A DNA stretch of 64,000 bases, from contig JBHLJY010000004.1 of the NCBI GenBank assembly GCA_048887225.1, positions 96,001 through 160,000 of the forward strand, read 5' to 3'. Made by a program: the position numbers and the translations under genes. Below, piece after piece: positions 58,836-64,000 of the stretch. A model generated the notes under the pieces. The model ran no database searches, had not been told where the DNA came from, and saw nothing but the letters and a program-made list of their open reading frames with translations. Position 1 is the stretch's first letter, and each line of letters opens with the position of its first letter. Source of the DNA: Candidatus Hodarchaeota archaeon (lineage in GTDB: Archaea; Asgardarchaeota; Lokiarchaeia; Sigyniarchaeales; SOKP01).

Positions 58836-61778
58836 TTGATTCAAGTGTTAAGTGATAAGGAACAAAAAAAAATTTTTAAGGAAATTGCTTCAAAAGATCC
58901 AGATAATTATTTTCCTACTAAGGAACTTAGAGAATTAGGCTATATACGAAAACATTGTAGTTGTTGTGAAAATTATTTCTGGACGACTCATGAAGACCGT
59001 GAAGTTTGTGGAGATCCAGCATGCTCAGGTGGATTTCAGGTTGTAATAGATAATCCCTCTCCAGTTAAATTATCTTTTATCGATGTATGGAATAAAATAG
59101 TTGAGATTTTGGAGCCAAGAGGCTATAAACCAATAAATAGGTATCCTTGTGTCTCAAGATGGAATCCCACCTCAGAATTTACAATTGCTTCCATTTCTGC
59201 ATTTCAACCTTATGTTATAACTGGAGAAGTGGAACCTCCAGCTAAAAAACTTCTAATACCCCAATTCTGTTTGCGGTTTAATGACATAGAGAATGTAGGT
59301 TTGACGGGTTCACATTGCTGTGGCTTCGTGATGATAGGTCAGCATACGTTTGTTTCTCAGGAAGAATGGGATCAAGGGCAGCTTTTCATGGATATGCATG
59401 ATTTTATCCATAAAGGGGTAGGTCTTGCAAAAGAAGAGATCACCATTCACGAAGATAGTTGGGCTGGTGGAGGATCATTTGGTTGTTGTCTCGAGTTTTT
59501 TAGTAGAGGTGTCGAGCTCTTTAATCAAGTTTATACTATGTTTGAACAAACACCAGAAGGCCCACGTGAATTACAACTTAAAGTCTTAGATATGGGGCTT
59601 GGTCAAGAGCGTGTTGCGTGGTTTTCTCAAGGGACCCCTAATATGTATGAAGCTATTTTTCCCTATGTATTGTCAAAATTAAGAAAAATAACAAGGATCA
59701 AATTAGACTTAGACCTTTATAATAGATTTTCACAATATTCAGCTTATCTAAATATTGATGAAGTTGAAGATATGGATGCTGCTTGGCAAAAAGTAGCTAA
59801 CGAATTAAAGATAGGCGTAGATGAGTTAAAAGAAAAAATTTTACCTATGACGGGATTGTATTCAATCGCAGAACATGCCCGTAGCTTGCTTTTTGCGATT
59901 AACGATGGAAAGCTTCCTTCAAATGTGGGGGGAGGATATAATTTAAGGGTTATTTTTAGGCGTGCTATTAGTTTTATTGATAGTTTCAATTGGAATATTG
60001 ATATGGCAGATGTGTGTGTTTGGCATGCTGAAGAATTAAAAGGACTTTTTCCAGAAGTTTCGGAACATCTAGATGAAATTAGAGAAATTCTCGATGTCGA
60101 GAAAGAGAAATTTTATGCAACTAAGAAAAAAGCTAGAAAAATTTTAGAGAAGGTTATGAAAAAAGGTAAAATTTCCACAGAAACTTTAATTGAATTGTAT
60201 GATTCAAACGGAATTAGTCCCGATATGGTAAAAGAAGCGGCAAAGAAATACAATGTTATAGTAAAAATACCTGATGACTTCTATTCATTAGTTGTTGAAA
60301 AACACGAAAAAATTGAACAAATTCATGCTACAGAAAGAAGAATGGAATTAGATTTGAAAGGAATTCCTGAGACTGAATCTCTATATTATTATGATTATAC
60401 TAAGATTTCCAATGAAGCAAAAATTCTGAAAATAATTGATAGTATGGTAGTATTAGATAAATCAGTTGCGTATCCAACTTCAGGAGGTCAGCTACACGAT
60501 ATTGGAACAATCAACGGCCAAAAATTCAGTGATGTTTTCAAACAAGGCAACTACATTATTCATGTATTAGATGAAACACCTAATTTTAAGGAAGGCGACA
60601 AAGTTAAAATTGAAGTAGATAAATCTTGGCGTACTCAACTTTCCCAACACCATACAGCAACTCACATTGTTAATGCTGCTGCTCGAGAGGTGTTAGGCAG
60701 CCATATAAATCAAGCAGGTGCTAAAAAAACGCTTAAAAGTTCACATCTGGATATTACCCATTTTGAACAAATTCCGCGTGAAAAGCTCAAAGAAATTGAG
60801 AAAAGAGCAAATGATATCGTAAAACAAGAAATTGACTTATACTTAGATTTTTTACCTAGAACAGAGGCAGAACAAAAATATGGAATGACAATTTATCAGG
60901 GCGGAGCAGTACCTGGTAAGAGGGTTAGGATTGTAGAGGTCCCTGGTATAGATGTAGAGGCGTGTGGTGGAACCCACCTTAACAATACAGCAGAAACTGG
61001 AAATATAAAACTTATAAAATCGCAAAAAATACAAGATGGCGTAGTGCGATTAAAATTTACAGCCGGTAAAGCAACTCACCGAATGCAGAAAAAGGATGAG
61101 CAAATTTTGGATGATTTACAGTCCATAATAAATGTTGATTCTAAACTACTTGTTGGAAGGATTAAAGAACTTTTAGAAAAAAGAAATAAACTCGCATATA
61201 AAGCACCAAAAGCAACAAAAGATGATTTAGAACTAACATCCGAAGAGGTATTTGAAGGAGATATTTTACATGAACTAACAAATTACCTAAATGTGAAAAA
61301 AGACGACTTAATTTCCAAAATTAAAAAAATATTAGATGAATGGGAAAACGCAAAACAAAATTTATCCCAAAAAGCCTATTATTTTAGTAATGAATTTAGG
61401 AGCGATTTAAATAAAAATGCATATTATTATCTTGGTGCTAAAGTTGTTACTTCAAGAATTTGGGGTGTTGATCAAAAATCTGTTCAAGATATAAGTTCCA
61501 ATGTTATGAAATATTCTGATAATACTATCGCAATGTTTTACAATGAAGACAACAAAGGTACTTATGTTACTGGGATGGTTAGTGCTGATCTCGCCAAAAA
61601 AGCACATATAAATATGGGCAACATTGTCAAGCAAGTGACCAGTACTTATCATGGGAGGGGTGGTGGGAGTAGAGATTATGGATCTGGTTTTGTACCTAAA
61701 ACTTATGCAACTACTGATCAACTTATGAAATATACACAGAAGCATTTCTTTAGTGAGGAAATGGAAGATGATGAATGA
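58836..61778 (+). CDS. alaS: Alanine--tRNA ligase (archaeal type)
   Basis: N-terminal Cys cluster, FTIASISAFQP, QFCLRFNDI, LDMGLGQER, HHTATH editing motif, EACGGTH, GRGGG DHHA1. Confidence 0.95.
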   Translation: MIQVLSDKEQKKIFKEIASKDPDNYFPTKELRELGYIRKHCSCCENYFWTTHEDREVCGDPACSGGFQVVIDNPSPVKLSFIDVWNKIVEILEPRGYKPINRYPCVSRWNPTSEFTIASISAFQPYVITGEVEPPAKKLLIPQFCLRFNDIENVGLTGSHCCGFVMIGQHTFVSQEEWDQGQLFMDMHDFIHKGVGLAKEEITIHEDSWAGGGSFGCCLEFFSRGVELFNQVYTMFEQTPEGPRELQLKVLDMGLGQERVAWFSQGTPNMYEAIFPYVLSKLRKITRIKLDLDLYNRFSQYSAYLNIDEVEDMDAAWQKVANELKIGVDELKEKILPMTGLYSIAEHARSLLFAINDGKLPSNVGGGYNLRVIFRRAISFIDSFNWNIDMADVCVWHAEELKGLFPEVSEHLDEIREILDVEKEKFYATKKKARKILEKVMKKGKISTETLIELYDSNGISPDMVKEAAKKYNVIVKIPDDFYSLVVEKHEKIEQIHATERRMELDLKGIPETESLYYYDYTKISNEAKILKIIDSMVVLDKSVAYPTSGGQLHDIGTINGQKFSDVFKQGNYIIHVLDETPNFKEGDKVKIEVDKSWRTQLSQHHTATHIVNAAAREVLGSHINQAGAKKTLKSSHLDITHFEQIPREKLKEIEKRANDIVKQEIDLYLDFLPRTEAEQKYGMTIYQGGAVPGKRVRIVEVPGIDVEACGGTHLNNTAETGNIKLIKSQKIQDGVVRLKFTAGKATHRMQKKDEQILDDLQSIINVDSKLLVGRIKELLEKRNKLAYKAPKATKDDLELTSEEVFEGDILHELTNYLNVKKDDLISKIKKILDEWENAKQNLSQKAYYFSNEFRSDLNKNAYYYLGAKVVTSRIWGVDQKSVQDISSNVMKYSDNTIAMFYNEDNKGTYVTGMVSADLAKKAHINMGNIVKQVTSTYHGRGGGSRDYGSGFVPKTYATTDQLMKYTQKHFFSEEMEDDE

Positions 61779-61791
61779 TTATATTTCCAAT

Positions 61792-63117
61792 TTAGCTTTC
61801 ATAAAAAAATGAATCACAATATTCTAAACGATTTGGAATCCATTGTAAAAGATCGTCAAGTGACTCATTAAAATCATTCTCCCATCTTTCTTTGATTTCT
61901 TTAGGATTCCACATCTCAGTATCAGCTTTTATGGCATTTTCGAGTTCATCAAAATCCTCAAGTAACATATTTAAAATAAATTCTTCTGTCCAAAGATTTT
62001 CTCTCAAATAGAACCATCGATTCTTACATTCTTTCATAAAGAGATCGTTATTAACTAGACGGTTAAATAATTCATTATTTCTTTCAATAAACTCTATATA
62101 ATTTTCTTGAGAACTGTGTCTGTTATGCATAACTTGACCGAAACTATCATCGTAATCCCAAGGGATTAAAAAAAATTTGCTTGGATAAGTATTTCTAACA
62201 ACATAAAAATTATTCCTCCAAAAATCTTTATGTAAAATGAAATAATTATATACAAAAAAATCAATTAGATTCAATTTATCAAAAATAGTATAAATCCCAT
62301 CTGATTCACTAAAAAAAACCTCATCAGACGTATTATTAATAAAGGAAATTAAATCTGGGATAATTAATTCCTTTATATAACATCCCTCATATTCGTTTGG
62401 CCAATCCTGTTCCCATCTATCTAAAGCATTGTATCTTAACTCTGTATTTCCCATTGATTGAAAAATTAGACTTGAACCATTGTTATTCTGAGCATCATCA
62501 AGCCCATATAACTTTCTATCTGATCTTTCAGCTAATAAATATAAACCACGAAATTCACCATTTAAATAAAGAATTACATATTTAGAATTTGGTGTGATTG
62601 CTGTAGGATTTGTTTCCTTGAGACTTCCCCATAGATCAAAACCTAATTTAATTCTTAATCTAGTATAATCCATATATAAAGCATATAAATCCCAATCATC
62701 ATCACGTCTCATCCCAAGAAGAGCTTTAGCTTTAGAAAGCTCAATGCGATAATTCTTTTTAGGCCAACGTCTTGATCCTCTTTCTTCTTCAGATCCTTTA
62801 ATTTTTATCCTACAATCCATTTTTTCAACACATTTACGCTCCTCTTTATCATCTAATTGGAATGTCCCATAAATAAACTCTTCATGATTAATTTCATCAT
62901 CAAAAGTAATATTTATTACAGTCTCATCTGTTAAATGGAAAGGCTCTTTAATATAATAATAAAATAGAATTATTGACCCTAAAATGATGCTGATTACGAC
63001 TATGGTATAGAATTCGTGTTTTCTTTTTTTTTTTCTAAATTTATTGGGAGGAACTTTATGAATTGTATTACCTAATTCATTCTTCGAATTGTTATTTTTA
63101 GATCGGATTTTGATCAT
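61792..63117 (-). CDS. CotH-kinase family protein, membrane anchored
   Basis: N-terminal TM; KIKG, PKKNYRIE, LNGEFRGLYLLAE, DFWRNNFY, IPWDYDDSFG. Confidence 0.85.
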   Translation of the reverse strand: MIKIRSKNNNSKNELGNTIHKVPPNKFRKKKRKHEFYTIVVISIILGSIILFYYYIKEPFHLTDETVINITFDDEINHEEFIYGTFQLDDKEERKCVEKMDCRIKIKGSEEERGSRRWPKKNYRIELSKAKALLGMRRDDDWDLYALYMDYTRLRIKLGFDLWGSLKETNPTAITPNSKYVILYLNGEFRGLYLLAERSDRKLYGLDDAQNNNGSSLIFQSMGNTELRYNALDRWEQDWPNEYEGCYIKELIIPDLISFINNTSDEVFFSESDGIYTIFDKLNLIDFFVYNYFILHKDFWRNNFYVVRNTYPSKFFLIPWDYDDSFGQVMHNRHSSQENYIEFIERNNELFNRLVNNDLFMKECKNRWFYLRENLWTEEFILNMLLEDFDELENAIKADTEMWNPKEIKERWENDFNESLDDLLQWIPNRLEYCDSFFYES

Positions 63118-63299
63118 TAGAAAATTTACAATAGATTATTTAATAGTATGATATTTGATATCTAAATTTTAGATAATCAATATCAATCATAAAATTTAGT
63201 AATATTTGACTTTAGAAAATATTTTTCATTTAATATTAATCTCTGATTTTTCTTAAAAAAAACCTAAAAGATTTATTCAGGGAACTCTATTAGTAGCTT

Positions 63300-63731
63300 A
63301 TGCCTAAGCTTGTTACCCCATTATTAACTGTCGATGCTGTCATTCTTTTTGATAAAGATAAATTAATTCTTATTCGACGAAAAAATCCACCCTTTCAAGG
63401 TCAATATGCGTTGCCAGGCGGATTTGTAGATGTGGGAGAAACTATAGAGAATGCTTGCATTAGAGAAACTTTAGAAGAAACGAATGTTAATGTAAAAATT
63501 GAAAGGCTCATTGGAATTTATTCTGATCCTAAACGTGACCCAAGAGGGCACGTCGTTACCATAGCTTATTTATGCGAAACGCTTACTGATAATGAAAAAC
63601 CAAGAGCTCAAGACGATGCATCTGTTTTAGAAATAGTTCCAATATCAAAAATTCCATCCCTCAAGTTAGCTTTTGATCATATGGAGATTATAAAAGATTC
63701 AGGAATTTTAAGTAAAACAGATAAAATCTAA
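63300..63731 (+). CDS. NUDIX hydrolase (ADP-ribose pyrophosphatase-like)
   Basis: LPGGFVDVGETIENACIRETLEET Nudix box, RDPRGH, LAFDH. Confidence 0.92.
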   Translation: MPKLVTPLLTVDAVILFDKDKLILIRRKNPPFQGQYALPGGFVDVGETIENACIRETLEETNVNVKIERLIGIYSDPKRDPRGHVVTIAYLCETLTDNEKPRAQDDASVLEIVPISKIPSLKLAFDHMEIIKDSGILSKTDKI

Positions 63732-63735
63732 AGAT

Positions 63736-63999
63736 TCACTTAAAGTATTTTGAAAAACAAGTACAACAAGGAATTCCTACATTAATTTTATTATAATAAA
63801 TATCATCAAAATCTTTTGATTCATCAACTAATTCTGACAATCTTTCTCTTAATTTTATTATATCGGGTTCTCGACTGAAATAAAAATTTTTTAAACTCTC
63901 AAAATGATTATTTCTTTTACAAATAGGGCAAGTCGAGAATTGTTTAGCAAATTCTTTGAATGATTCGTCCTCTCTCGGAATAAAAATGGAGCATTCATG
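63736..63999 (-). CDS. Cys-rich (zinc-binding) hypothetical protein, C-terminal part; start outside window
   Basis: Manual translation ...FSTCPICKRNNH...NVGIPCCTCFSKYFK*. Confidence 0.7.
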   Translation of the reverse strand, partial: HECSIFIPREDESFKEFAKQFSTCPICKRNNHFESLKNFYFSREPDIIKLRERLSELVDESKDFDDIYYNKINVGIPCCTCFSKYFK

Positions 64000-64000
64000 A

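Noticed and set aside
1009-62585. Many short ORFs nested in or antisense to long genes (e.g. 3049-3474, 9086-9454, 36730-37047, 42646-43107)
   Set aside because: They overlap well-supported genes and carry no recognisable motifs.

Overview
AT-rich (roughly 30% GC by eye), gene-dense archaeal chromosomal segment. It most likely comes from an Asgard archaeon (Lokiarchaeia-like): it has archaeal ether-lipid genes (GGGPS, DGGGPS, GGR), methanopterin/F420 genes (mptA, mptD, mptG, cofG, cofH), archaeal AlaRS, plus a Rab-like GTPase and a gelsolin-domain protein. No rRNA, tRNA, CRISPR array or transposase was recognised. The main discovery is a 29-nt intron (29342-29370, minus strand) in a protein-coding gene of the AIR-synthase/HypE-like family. 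It folds into a canonical bulge-helix-bulge (BHB) motif, and cleavage at the canonical positions fuses two ORFs into one 465-aa protein with the junction ...GFHVTRAALRD.... Other candidates: (i) an Ala/Ile/Val/Leu-rich 30-codon leader peptide and structured leader upstream of ilvE, suggesting archaeal attenuation; (ii) at least three genes that apparently must start at ATT; (iii) a tandem cassette locus at 14.2-15.7 kb with near-identical flanks but dissimilar cargo genes; (iv) a palindromic operator-like site shared by three promoters; (v) an uncharacterised glycyl-radical-enzyme locus. Product calls come from motif recognition by eye; no database searches were run.
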